From: Cirrosporium novae-zelandiae
Taxonomy: Eukaryota
Assembly (NCBI GenBank): GCA_026023565.1
Contig: JAPETS010000036.1
Coordinates: forward strand, 62,001-126,000
Direction of reading: 5' to 3'
Length of the DNA stretch: 64,000 nt
Of this stretch, positions 39,135-52,336 are shown piece after piece. Made by a program: the position numbers and the translations under genes. The notes below the pieces were generated by a model that had not been told where the DNA came from, ran no database searches, and saw only the letters and a program-made list of their open reading frames with translations. Numbering within the stretch: the first letter of the stretch is position 1; each line of letters opens with the position of its first letter.

Positions 39135-42100
39135 TCAACTTAGGATGCTTACCTCCGCAATGGACTGCCGTTCAATAATACTCTTCTGCCTATCACTCCT
39201 CGAAATCCGGTAGTAGGTGTCACAGAAATCCGCGCATTGCATCTCCTTCAAAAATTCCTCGTCATGCGTAATCACAATCAGCTGAAAGTTTGACTGCTGC
39301 TGCCGCTCGTGAATAATGTCATGCAAGGCTTTGGCCAAGGATCGGATGTTGTCGCGGTCGAGATTCGTTGTCGGTTCATCGAGTGCTATGAGTCCGCAGT
39401 TGACGCCGAAGCACTCGGCAAGGGCAAGACGGATGATGATACTCGCGAGAACTTTTTGGCCAGCTGAGCAGCGGCCACGCATGTCCATTTCTGCATCCTG
39501 TTTAACCATGCAGACACGGTAGTTATAGGAACGGTTCCCCTTTGCGTTTTCGTTGTCAGAGCGAATCATGATGGTGTCGACATCGGTGCCTTGATATGTC
39601 TTCTGCCAGAGCTCCTCGATAATGCGGTTGATTTCCTCCATCTTAATGCTGTGGTATTTCATGATGGCTTTGTCGAGAGCGCCAGCATATCGAGCAAGAT
39701 CATCGACAGCGGCTTTTGTCGTCTCGACCTTGATGTGGGATTCCTTGTATTTGTAATCGGCATCTTTGTAGTCAGTCTCCCAGTCGTTGATTAGATCTGC
39801 CAGTTGAATGTCTTTGGACTTCATTTCACCCGCATAGCCAGCTTGCTCGGCTGCAAGGACGGTATGTTTCTGTTCGCAGAGTTTGGCTTCTTTTGAGAGA
39901 CGGACGTAATCCGCTTCGGCATTACGACTTTCTAGGTCTTCAACTTCCCCCCGCAAAGTTTCCAGGTCACGGATGTCTCTTCGCAAACGAAGATTGTCAT
40001 GAATACTGCGTTTTGTCTCCTCAATGTTCTGCAGCTGTTGTTGAATCTTATTTATCTCAATGGTGACGATCCGTTGTTCCTCCAACAATCGGCTAATCTC
40101 ATCAGTGATGTTCTCCATTTCCCTCTGGCACCTTGCAAGTTGGTTTGGTCCGCCATTATCGACATAATCGGTGATATCCCGATCAGCTTTATCAAGCTGC
40201 CTCAAGCTTTCCTTGAGATTCATGGCTTCCTGCTGGAGTTCATTTTCTTTCTGAACCGATCGTTGTTGGAGATCATCGTATTGCATCTGGAACTTGGACA
40301 TTTCGGGATGTAAGTCTTGCAGGTCCTTGTCAGCTCGTCCCATAGATTCTCGTTGTTCCTGATTCAGGCCTTTCAATTGTTCAATCTGGGCAGACATATC
40401 GGCTTTCCTTTCGAGCTGGTAGGTAGAATCAGCTAACCTGCTCTTGATATCTCTTAGGTCTAGTTCTAGTTGGTTAATCCGAGCTCGGCCATTTTCCCTG
40501 TCAGCAGTTAATTTTGAAGCAGATTGACGCACAACGCGGGTTTTTTCATTCAAAGTTTTCAGTTCGTCTTGAATATCCTCGAGCGTCCTTGCGAGCCCGG
40601 TACTACCTGACTTTGCAGAAAGCTCTTGAATTTGGGCTTCAAGGGTTTCGATATCATGGTGATACTTAGAGATTGTTGTTACGCTCCTTGCCAAAGAGTC
40701 AATATCTTGTTTTGCCTCCTTCTTTTCAGAAACGAGGAAGTCCTGATTCTCAAGTTCTGCTACCAGGCTGTCTTTCCGACTTTCATACTGTTTCATCTCA
40801 GCCTCAAGAGCAGGCACCTCATGCTGTGACAGCCGTTGCCAGGTGTCATACTGCGTCCCTGCTTCTTGGGCCAACTGCAATCGTTCTTCAGCCTCCTGCT
40901 TCTCTTGTTCTGATATATCTGTGGCTTTCTCAACTTGCTTTTTGAGACGGTCTTTGAACCCTTCAAGGTCTCTCTCCACTTTGTATTGCCGTTGGCAGAG
41001 TCGGCAACACCCTTTCTTCTCGGCAAGTTGTAAGGCTTTTTCGAGGTATTCCCTCCAGTATGCACCTAGCTCAAAACTTTGCACTACCTGGTCACGGCTA
41101 TCTTGAATTTCAGATAACCTCTCTGGGTATTCAGCAACGTCTTGGTCATCAATGGCAGTAGAAACTTGTTGGGCACAGGTTTGGATTTCCGCTTTCTTCT
41201 GTTGAAGCTCTTTGCGAGCAGTAGCCAATTTGAATTCTGCCTGTTCAAGCTCTCGGCTAATACCATCTCTTTGTCGCTCGGTGTCCCTGAGTTCCTTGGT
41301 CTTCTGATCCGTCAAGATCTGATAGTCTTTCTCGAGAGATGAAGGTTGCCACTGAGATCCGAGATGTCCCTGAATTCTATCTCCATGGGCTCCAATCATT
41401 GTATCTAAACCACGCTTTCTATCCTTCAGTTCTTTCTTGATATGGTCTAGACGAGCCATTTCTCCCGCACGTTTAGTTCCCTGCACAAGTTCTTCGTTTA
41501 AATGAACGCCCTGATCTTCTAATGACCGAAGCTCTTTGTTGGCTTCCCCGATTTTGCTATCCCATGATGCGGTCTCGTAATCCCGTTTAGCCTTCTGCAA
41601 TCGACTTTCCACTTCTTCGGTAGTAGATTCGAGCGCAGCCTTTCCGCCCTCGTCAACGGCGATACGATCCATGTTAGCCTGGTATTTGGCCATATTATTA
41701 TCATTAGAAGCAATGCTCTCTCTTGCCAGCCTCTTGCTCTCCTGCAGAGCCGACCTCCGTTCCCTCAATTGGGATAATGTGTTCTGTGCCTTCTGTAGTT
41801 CTTCTTTGGTCTCTCTCTGTACTCTCTGGAGATGAAGGTCTTGGTCTTTGGTCATCTTCCGTAGTCTCTGCATAAACTCCTTGATCTGTTCATCATCCGG
41901 ACTAGAATTGAGCCCACGGATGTTGTGACGACGGGCATTCTCTTTAATCAAAGCATCTCGGTCCTGAAGTTGCTGTTCATACCGGCGTTTTTCAGCTTCA
42001 TATCGACCAAGTTCAGTTTGTTTTTGACCAAGTACTTGCCGATTGGACTCAATCAGCTGTCTAAGTTCCTCGTACCGCTCTCCTTGTGTGAGTTTATCTT

Positions 42101-43321
42101 GCTTCTGCTGAGCTACTCGTTCCTCGTACCGGTCTTGCATTGCTTCAAGCTCTTCGTCAGACTCTTTCATCTGCTTGATGTGCGGCCGAAGGTCATCGAT
42201 ATTCTCTTGTTTCGTTTTAGCAGTTCCACGTTTGGCTTCTAATTGGCCGAGAACCTTTGCATATCCTTCGGAATCCTGTAGCGCACGGTCTCTCCTTGCT
42301 GCGAGTTCGATCATTTCTCCCCTTAGATATGTACATTTATCCCGTAGCGCTTCAATCTCTTCTTGGAGTTCCATAGATCTTTGTTGATTTTTATCGGCCT
42401 TGGCTTTATCTTCCTTACAATGCTGTTCCATAATCTTGAATTTCCCCAAGTCTTCATTTTGTTTCTTGCGCAGAGCTTTCAAATTGTCAATTGCTTTAGT
42501 ATACTTGAGCGCTTCGAAAATTTCATCAAACTTCTTTTTCAGTACTGATGGCTCGCTCATTGGCCATAGACTCTCGTCTTGATGGCAGAATATCACGGCA
42601 TCAAGGACTGCCCTAGAAACCCCCAAGTACTGGGGCATAATCTGGTCCAATTCAGCGACTCGAGATGAAATAGCCGTACGTTCCCCTTCTTTTATCATTA
42701 GAAGCTGCCCCTCAAGGGTTTTTTGCTGACGAGTTGTTTTTTTGACAGTAAGTTGTAAGCTTCGCGTTACTACCATCTTAGCACCGGTGGTTCCTTTAAA
42801 GGATAACTTTACTTGTGCGAGAACCTCCCTCTCACCACATAGCTAAAAAGGCATCAACATGAGCGAAAGCTAAGTATGGAGGACTACCAACCTTCGGGTC
42901 ATGAATGAAAGCTCCGCCCTTGCTATTCGGGGGCAGGTCTCCTGTGGTAGCATATTTAAGGCATTCAATAATAGTCTATAGCCAGGTCAGAGCCCATCAG
43001 CAAAGCTGGAAGGTCTTCCAACCGTTTTCCCCGATCCATTGTGTCCAACAATTAAGGTAAGAGGCGTATGGAATTGAATGGTCTCGCTTCTCGTGTTATC
43101 GAAGGACCGGACGCTTGTAAAGGAATCAGCTTTGGAGGATGGAGTGGATAAGACATAAAACATACCCCAGTATTGAGAGTTTGTCGATCTTTGCTGCACC
43201 AGTTATGATAGAATAAGTATTGGTATTGGAACGGCTAAGCCGCAGACGCTTAAGAATAGACAACTTACACCTAAGCTAGTCAGCACCGATCGACATATTA
43301 TATAGGAGTGATTACTCACAT
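39135..43321 (-). CDS. RAD50: DNA repair protein Rad50 (MRN complex)
   Basis: Spliced N-terminus [15 protein letters not shown], Walker [17 protein letters not shown], zinc hook CRLC, signature RCSAGQK, Walker B/D-loop LDEPTTNLD, and ITH. Confidence 0.97.
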
Positions 43322-43728
43322 ATTTGCAATAGTGGTTAAATATTGCGAACTCTGTTAGCTAAATATATTGGCCAGTGAGATATCTAGTTAGTGGGCAGAA
43401 AGGCGGCCTACTTCAAAGAAGGCTGCACCTGACTGATTGTTAGGAAGTTTCCTTTGTGATGAGACTATTCTGTAGATAGATATAGAAAAGCTTCTGGGGG
43501 CAATAAGGATGAAATTATCATCGACCAAAGCATCCTCTTCTTTCCATGGCTGCCTCAACACGTTAGCTCTGGATAGGATAAAGTTGGAATAGAGAGAACG
43601 CGCCTATGCTCGAAGTCACGTGCATTACTCATCTAATATCCGAAGATGGGAGAACATCTAGATCGTTACAGGGATTATGCGTGCCACCTCTAAATGAAAG
43701 AGCTCCAAATCATATCCACACCTTCTCC

Positions 43729-45343
43729 ATGTCAATGTTCGGGAATGGAGGAGATCTCGGTACAGGACAGTCAGCAAACGTGAGCCGTATAAAATTTGAT
43801 TTACTCCAAAACAGTTCCAGGACGCTCATGAAAGGCCCAGATGGATACCCCCATGAACGATCTTCTTGGCACCCCCAACCCCGATATACTTAGCAATCTG
43901 GATGTTGATACGCTCCCGATGAACCTTGAGGTGAATCTCATTGACCCCGAATCCCGTCCTTATACTTCCATGGAAACTTCCCAGCCCGCCGCCGAAACAT
44001 CCAACCCAGTCAGCAGCACCTCCGCCACCAACACCAGCGGTGTCCTTACTCCTATCATGACCGGTGCTGGTGCGGGGCCTCTCCCACATGGATTTGGCGC
44101 CCAAGCCCCGACAAACAATGGAAGCACTCTTACCGAATTTACGAAGAGAAGAAATTGGTCACAACGAGTTCTGGAAGAGCTGAAAGATTTCCTTCATATA
44201 CTCACACCCGATGGGCGGATATTATATGTCTCACCGTCCACCAAGTATCTTACCGGCTGGACGCCCGATGACCTGCTCGGTAAATTCATTGGCGATTTTG
44301 TTCATAGCGATGACAGCACACTTTTTATGCGAGAGTTTAACGAGTCTATTGCGTCCGGTAAACCTTTACGGTTCTTTTATCGGTTTCGTAAAGAAGATGG
44401 TACATTTACCATCTTCGAAACTCATGGCCATCCTCATCTAACATCAGAAACCACCTACGGTCCGAGCGCTGCTGGGTTCTGCCGCGGCTTCTTCATGATG
44501 GCGCGGCCATATCCAACTAAGAATGCCAGCCTACTCGACTCCTTCCTCGAGCACAAGATAGAAAACGAGCGCTTAACACAGAGAATTGCAGCTCTCAAAA
44601 AAGAAGAGCAGGATGATCTAGAGGCACAACAAGCCCATTGGTCGAGAAAAGTCAATGGTTCTAACATGACGCCCTCTCAAACAACCAAATCAGATGCTCC
44701 CTCTCTTTCAATTACTTCCGGTTCCACTTATGATCATACGACCATGCCTCCACCTGCTAAGCCAGGCCTTACGGACGGCGCTCTTACCGAGTCAAACCTC
44801 GATGCGGCGAACATTCGTCCTGACAGTATTAATGACAAGATGGCTCGTTATGAGGGTGCCACGCACATCGAAACCATCGAGATGTTGACCGGGCTACGGT
44901 ACCGTGAGGGAGAACGATCTCAAGGTATTAGTACCGGCGATGCCAGTCCCGCTCTCATCAAGGGCGACGCAGGTATTGCAATCCCCATGGACAAGGAGGG
45001 CCGAGACGGTGGGGAGAAGAAGAAGAAATTAAAAGCTGCAGATGAGTACGTCTGCACCGATTGCGGTACACTGGACAGCCCCGAGTGGCGAAAGGGCCCG
45101 AATGGGCCCAAAAGCTTATGCAATGCTTGCGGACGTAAGTTTCTTTGCCTATCTGATCCAAACTCAACCCAAATAATTCTCCGAGCTAACACACGAACAG
45201 TGCGCTGGGCCAAACGTGAGAAAAAGGCGCGAACAGCAGGAAACCCGAATCCACAGGCAAACTCCCAAACGCCGACATCTCAGCCTCCTCCAGGCCAGCA
45301 GGTTGTAACCAGTAGCAACGAGCTTTCAAATCCCTCCACATAG
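43729..45343 (+). CDS. wc-2: White Collar-2 / LreB: PAS domain plus GATA zinc finger transcription factor
   Basis: [13 protein letters not shown] domain, [37 protein letters not shown], and GATA finger [30 protein letters not shown]. Introns 43780-43840 and 45135-45200. Confidence 0.95.
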
Positions 45344-47864
45344 GTATACCCCGAAAAATCTTATTCTCCACCCTATATATACATAAACACACACACATAC
45401 GCACACTCACACACGCACACGCACACACAAAAAATGCCAACTTAATGACCCCCATTTCATCTACATTTCCATTTCAAAAAAAAAAAACAATGGCAAGAAC
45501 TCCGAAAAGGATCGGAGGGAAGGAACCAAAGGTTCCAACTTACCATCCACATCATACATATAATACCAAAAATTTCACGAAGCAACAAAAATTCACGACG
45601 ACAAGCAACGAAAACAGTTTTAGGGTTTCTTTTTTTGGGATAGGGGCCGGCGGGGGTATGGAAACGGAAACGGAAACGGTCATCAGGTTCGGGTTCTGGG
45701 GGGAGATTATTTTCTTTATTTCTCCCTCCTATATTTTTATTTTTTCGATTTTTTCAAAAAAATCATTCTATCTATTATATATGTTTATTTTATATATATA
45801 TAGAAGGCGTTTTCGATAGATAGATAGATAGGTGGTAGTGGTGGGAATGGGGATGAAGATGGTGATGGATGGATTGGTTCAAGCGCCCGTTGTCACTTAC
45901 CTAGGTACTTTTTCAACTATGGCTATGTGAAAACAACTTACTAGCCGCCACGGAGAATAAGAGAAAGGGGGGTGGGGGATGCCAGGGGGCAGAGAGAATC
46001 AAAACTTTTGGGTTTTATTTTAGGAGGGGGGAGAGAGAGGGATGTTATTCTGATTCACATATATATATATCTTGGCTAATTTATTAGTTCAACTACCTTT
46101 CACCATCCATATATAAGGTCCCAAACAAACAAAGAACAAGATTTTTTTTTTGATTTCTCTGATTTTCTGATTTTAGAATGAACTTACTTAGACGTCTCTA
46201 TGTTAGACGGTAACAGTAATATGGGGGTCATACATGTATGAAAGTATCTCCATCTCCATCTCTCTATAAAAAAACAAAAAAAAAAATAGAGAGAACATCC
46301 ATCATGTTTCTGTGAGGTACCTAGGAATGCTGGGTGAGGATGAAGAATATAAATGATGGTTAGTAGTTGGTCATCGTCATGGCTCGATTTGCAGTACAAG
46401 AACGTTGTCCATGTACAGTACTTGGACATATCCACCATACAGTACTTTTGTACCTACTAACCAACCGAACCAAACCAACAAAATTCCCAAAAATATAGTC
46501 TAGCTGGCTTTGAAATTTATAAAAAATTATTATATCACTCCAACTAAAAAATATTTCCCTATAACCTAGATCCCCCTTTCTTTGATCTCCAGACAAGGCG
46601 ACGCTATAGAATAGGAGAAAAAAAAGAAAAAAGAAATCTCGCAGCCACTCACTCATATACCCAAACAAAACAAGTAAAAAAAGAAAAGAAGAAAAAAAAT
46701 ATACACACAAAAAAAAGGCCGTCCATCCCCGACTGACGAGAAAAGTTATCTGTGCCTGCCGTGTGCACGCTTAAGAACATTGGACACAACACAAGGCCAA
46801 ACCAATAAGGCAGGAAGGGGGTATCATATCATCCTTTTTTTTCTTACTGATCGCTTTCCACCCGACAGACGTTATAATGCTCAATCACAATTTCCCAACT
46901 TGCTTTGATAGACAAATGAATGGGTTAACAATACCGCAAATGGATAGGATGGGAACAAGAGTTGGCTTTATGAAGAAATTCCGACTGCCATCCCTTGCCG
47001 CTCCGTCGGGATTCGCTCCCTTCCCCCACGAGAATGAAGGGCAGGAGAAACAAGATATTGAGGTGTTGAGGGATACTTCGGGCAGTGAATGAAAAAAAGA
47101 AAAGAAAGAAAAGAAAGAAAAGAAAAACAAAAAACAATATGGAGAACCGAAAGATAACCAAAAAATGCACGAGTCCACCGCCTAGCCAAAGAAATCAGAC
47201 CCAAAGACACGGCCTCCGCACAACATCGGGGAATAACCCGAGTTTTGTGCAACGCTGAGCCGGAAACTCACAAAACATGTAGCTACTCGAGACCAGCCGT
47301 CGGGTTGTTGAGCACCCGTCTCCAATATGCAATTTTTTGGGGATTTTGCGCGTTGATTCGGTGTAGATGTAGGGATGTTAGAGCCCGTACAATCGTTAAT
47401 CTCACATGTAACCAAGATTTCAAATATTCTTTCCCCTATTAGGCTCCTTGTTGAGACAACATTCCTTGCCCATGTCGCAGCTTTCGCAATAAAGTAATGG
47501 GGGTTCGAGTAAAAGCGAGGGGAGGTATATGCACGCTTCCGAAGCCTGCATGTGCTAATTGGATGGCCACGTTGTTGACAGGAAGTCAACATTGGGATTT
47601 GTAAAACTATGGGTCCCCGCATCATAGATTGGACACTTCAAGCAGATGCAGAGAGAGTTGTTTATGTATGACTGGTATGGGTTTGTGATGGTGGAACATT
47701 GCTGGAATCGGGGTCAAATTCGGCGAGGGGCTTTTAGAAAATCTATCTTCTTCGTTATCCGTCCAGTCGTGTGTCGTGCTGCCGCTAGAATGGTGCTCGC
47801 AAACAATCGAAAATCCAATCGAGCCGCCAAGTGATATGTCAAAAAAATATGTTCCAAAAAGGGT

Positions 47865-49317
47865 TCACGAGGGCCTCCTTGCAGTCCAAATATGTCTATG
47901 ATTATGATGTGGTTAGTAAACATCTCCAGATCACTTAACCCTGCCATAGATAGTAATCATGGTGACACCAACGAGGGGACCGAATCTTGCGCAACTGGCC
48001 TGACTCGGGTGGCAGACTATTATCGTGCTGGGATATACGAATATTTGGCACCTACAAATTGTTGTATGCATGTATGCTTCTCCGACCCATCTGGTCCGTG
48101 ACCTCTTTCACTAGCCTGTGGACATCCGCAACAGGCCAGTTATAGACTCTGGTAAACGGCGCAAGGCTCAGGGCCTCCAGCCAGTGCGTCATCCCAAGAC
48201 AATACCATCTCCCAAGTATTCTTTGTTCTGGGTCGTTGATCACCCACTCATTGAGGGGTAGCCGAATGACAGTTTCTTCGATGTCGACAAAACCCTGAAG
48301 TTGCAACATTTCTCTTATATTTGGTGGATACGCAATCGGATGAAGGGCACGTTGGGTTGCATCATCCAACCACCCGTACCACCTCGATAGCATTAAATCA
48401 TCAGTGAGTGTGCCATCATCACAACGTGGTTGCAAATCGATTTCCACGTGCTCAAGAATGCCGCAACCGGGTTTGAGATGTCTACTGTCGCATAAGCTAG
48501 GTCTCCCGACCGTGTACAGCTACCTCCGACTCACCGAAAAGCGGTTTGATAAAGCGCAGCCCAATGTTGAACCCCGCCAAGAGCCATACGTATATGAATG
48601 AGATCAAACGAATCTTCACCCAGATACCAAGGGCTTTCATAATCCCTCGGAATCAGGAACCGAAGATTTGGAGGTATCCTATCTGTCATCAGAAATAGTT
48701 CGAAGCTCTGCAATTTATAGTCCTACTGTTCAGGTTGAATATTCACAATGTCCGTCCCAAGAACCTATTGTCGTATCATGAGTGAGATGAGTAGGGTCAC
48801 GATAACATCCGGTGGATCAAACCTCTGCGCCTGCCTCGCGATATTTACTATCATTAAATCAATCAGCATTTGTAGGACCCCACGTTTTGTTTGCCAACGT
48901 GGTGTTGGCCGACTTACTCTGCCATGTCAATAGCCCAAATTCCCGTTCCGGTTCCCAGATCCAAGATTCTTGGTTGAGGATTCGATGGACCGATCATCAA
49001 TGGCTTCTGATGGAGTCTTTGTTTGCGTGCGACAAGAAACATGGCATGAAATATGTCCATGCGATCCTTCTCTTCCTAGAAGTGGAGCTCAACCCGTCAG
49101 TCTAAAAGGTCGGCTCAATTGAATTGGACCAGTCCAAACGCACTTCGTCACAAGGATACATATAGATGCCTCTTCGATAGCCATGATACTGCCGTCCATT
49201 TTCATTATAATTAGGAGGAACGATGCTGTTGGGAAGGAAAAGGTTGGTGAGCCAAAGGTTCAGAGAGTAAGTATTGATTGCCGATTGGCTGTTGCGTGCT
49301 CACCCATTGGCCGCCAT
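47865..49317 (-). CDS. laeA: LaeA-type SAM-dependent methyltransferase (velvet complex, secondary metabolism regulator)
   Basis: Spliced protein reads MAANG|..[103 protein letters not shown]. These motifs fit LaeA orthologues rather than generic LaeA-like paralogues. The start codon is tentative. Confidence 0.85.
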
Positions 49318-52300
49318 TACGGCCCGTCCAAACACACCAGTGTCAAGTCTCGAAACAAACTTTTGATCAAGTAACGGATGAGCGATCGGATCGCATGCGG
49401 GCTGTTCAGCTTTTGGAGGGGGGGTGAATATTTAGGGCTCAGTTGTTTATTGAAAAAGGTGGAGCAAGCCAAATTGGCAGATGGGATGACTTGTGGCTCA
49501 AATTTTGAAGTTCGGACGAGCAGATGGGGTAAAATGGGTCAGTTAGGCTGGGATTGTGTACAACTGCAGCGGAAGCAGCAGCAACAGGACCAACTGGCAT
49601 TGACATGCAAATTGACAAATGGACCTCCTGGTTGAATGAAAAGGAAAGAGGGTTGTCAAGTTGTCAGCGAACAGTAAGTACAGTAAATCCAGTGAGTTTG
49701 AAATTGGTCAGACGTGGGCGGTTCCAGGTTTGGGCTGAAGCAGGGCAAGAGGTAGAAGGTAGTGTTTAGTGGTAGTAGTGGTAATAGTAGTAGTAGTACT
49801 AGTAGAAGTAGGAGGTAGAGGCAGAAGGCAGAGGTAGAAGACAAGAGGGAAGAGAAAAGCATCTGCATTACATAGTACAAAATATCCGTAACAGAGATGG
49901 TAGTTCTGGTAGATACATATCCGCAATTACAATCTCCGTGTGGTCGCGTACTCTGCCAGTAAATGCAGGCTGTCAGTACCAGGAAAGCAACCGACCCTAT
50001 TAGTCTCCATCCAGAGTGTCGGGTCCTTGATGTTTCTAGGGTCATCTTGTTTGATCAATACTATGCCATTGAATTAATTCAAGGATATGTGGGTGGGATG
50101 CATGTGGGGGTGTGGCTATATGCACGGATACCGTAATCCATCCATACATGTTTGTACCGGTATACAAAATTACAATATTATCCTTATTATACTTCCCAGA
50201 TGGTCATCGAAAAGGAACCTCTGACAACTTAACAAACCTTATAAATGCTTCATGTATCATGCTGTAATGTCATATAGATAATTGGTTTAGCCATATGAGT
50301 GTAGATAGCAAACAACGTGTTACATTTAAAACAATCCTGGCAAGGCTACCGAACTTGAAAGAAGGCAACAAAGACAAGACAAGGCGTAAAGAAAAAAAAA
50401 AGGGAAAAAAAAAGAAAAAGCGGAGCTGGGCCTTCTTTCAGTAGTCTCAGCACTAAACTAAAGAAAATGAGAAAAAAAAGAGAGAGAGAGAGAGAGGGAG
50501 AGGGAGAGTGTCTCTCTAAGTTCAAGTCGGTGTGACAATTCGCTGCGTCGGTTTCCATCAAATGGAATAGCCTTCGGGCGGTGTCCACTGGGATCCGGGA
50601 AACGGGGGGAGGAGAGCAAAAGCCTATGGACCTAATGGAAAGCCAAAACTAAGCCAAAATCAAAGCCAAAGCCACACTCTGCCACCCATGGATTGATACG
50701 CCCCCCCATGTCCCCCCTCATAGCTCATAGGTACTCCAATAATCTCAAAGTCTCAAAACTAAAAAGACTATGCGAACACAACAAGCATATGACCACTCAA
50801 GTCATCAACTCCCATCGCTAAACTTCACTTGGTTATTATTATTATTATTATCCATTTGTTGTTATTATGGTCTACTGATTGAACTGACACGCTGACTATT
50901 TTATGGAACCTTGGGGTGGGCTTCCATGTCTGGAACCAAGAATTTTAAACGGGCAGCATCGTCGGGTCTGCGGCGAGATACTCCATATGCTCACTTCATT
51001 CCATCTATGCCTCTACTTTCTTCCTTACACCATCTTCCTGATCCCAGAAGTGTGGACGATGTCGAGGCTTGGGGCCTTGGGGCCTTGAACTATTTCATAC
51101 CCTCCCACAGCTTTACCGGATTGGGCCATTTAGGTGTTCCTCCGTGAACAGCCGAGACGCTTCAACTGATAGTCGTGCAACCATTGATACCTCAAAGCAG
51201 GTCCAGGTTCTCATCTTGTGTCATTTCTGTACTGTCCACCTTCGCTACCGTGCTGGTGTCTCCCTGTTTCGCTACTTGCGGGGTTTAACCCCCGTATTGA
51301 GCATGAGGTTGTACAGTACTCCGCTCTGTGTGAACAGTACCACCATCCCAGCATAGTGGCTCCGAAGGATTCCAAGTTTGAAAAAAGTCTGGGAATTTGG
51401 GACTCCAAAGTAATAGCAACGATTGCATCAAACTCAGCTTTAACCCATTTGGAACCTGTGATAGGAGAGAATCAAATAAGTGAAAAGCGTCATCTCACTG
51501 GTACCCATGAAAATGAGAAAGTGTGAGAGAGCAGTGGGCAACCTGTAAAAATATCCAGTTTCCATCCTCTCATCTGATTTGGGAATATCCAATCCTGTAT
51601 TTATTTAGCATACCATCACCACTACGCCTTTCCGGCCGGATAAGCTTCCAATTTTAATGGATGACCTCGGTCCGCATGGAAAGGAGGTCGTGCGACATTC
51701 AATTCCATGTAATGCGCGCTGCGACGCACTTAACGAAAGGTAATGGGACGGAGGATCGTGATGGCCACTCGAATCGAAATGCCATTTGGTCTGTTTTTGT
51801 AAATCTTGTCTGACCTGAAAACTTAAGAAAAGTTATGAAGACAACAAGTACCATATCCTTGAAAGGTTGATTCGGTACTGCAGCAAGCCGAATCCGAACC
51901 ATATGGCCTTGGTCCCTTGGAAAAGGTATCAGGGGAGTTTTAGCTGGAATTCGTAGATGACCGCTAGATTAATGCGCAGATAGCATATACTCTTAAACTT
52001 TTCTTTCGTTGAGCTGGTCTAGTTAAGGTACTCAGATTATTAGTTGACTAGCAAACATTCAACTCATATATGCAGGATGTATGAGGGAGTAATGCACCAA
52101 GCATGGTCAGGTAGGCATATCCTCGTCCTAGCCCGGCATATATGGATCCGTAATACCAAAGCAATGCAGCGTCGTCTGAGATCGGGAGTAGTTTACCGTC
52201 CCTAGGTTTGAGTTTCCAATTATGCAGCAAGAAGTTTGTCCAGGTAAATTGTTTGGTTCTTTTTTTTTGTTTTTTGTTTTTTGTTTTTTGTTTTTTTTTT

Positions 52301-52336
52301 GTTCTTTTTTTTGAGGCCGAGTATAGGATTAAGGAG

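Noticed and set aside
45896..45909. Recurrent TACCTAGGTA-like palindromes (also near 25007, 46317 and 53404)
   Set aside because: Short words with no flanking homology or TSD; there is nothing to tie them to an element.
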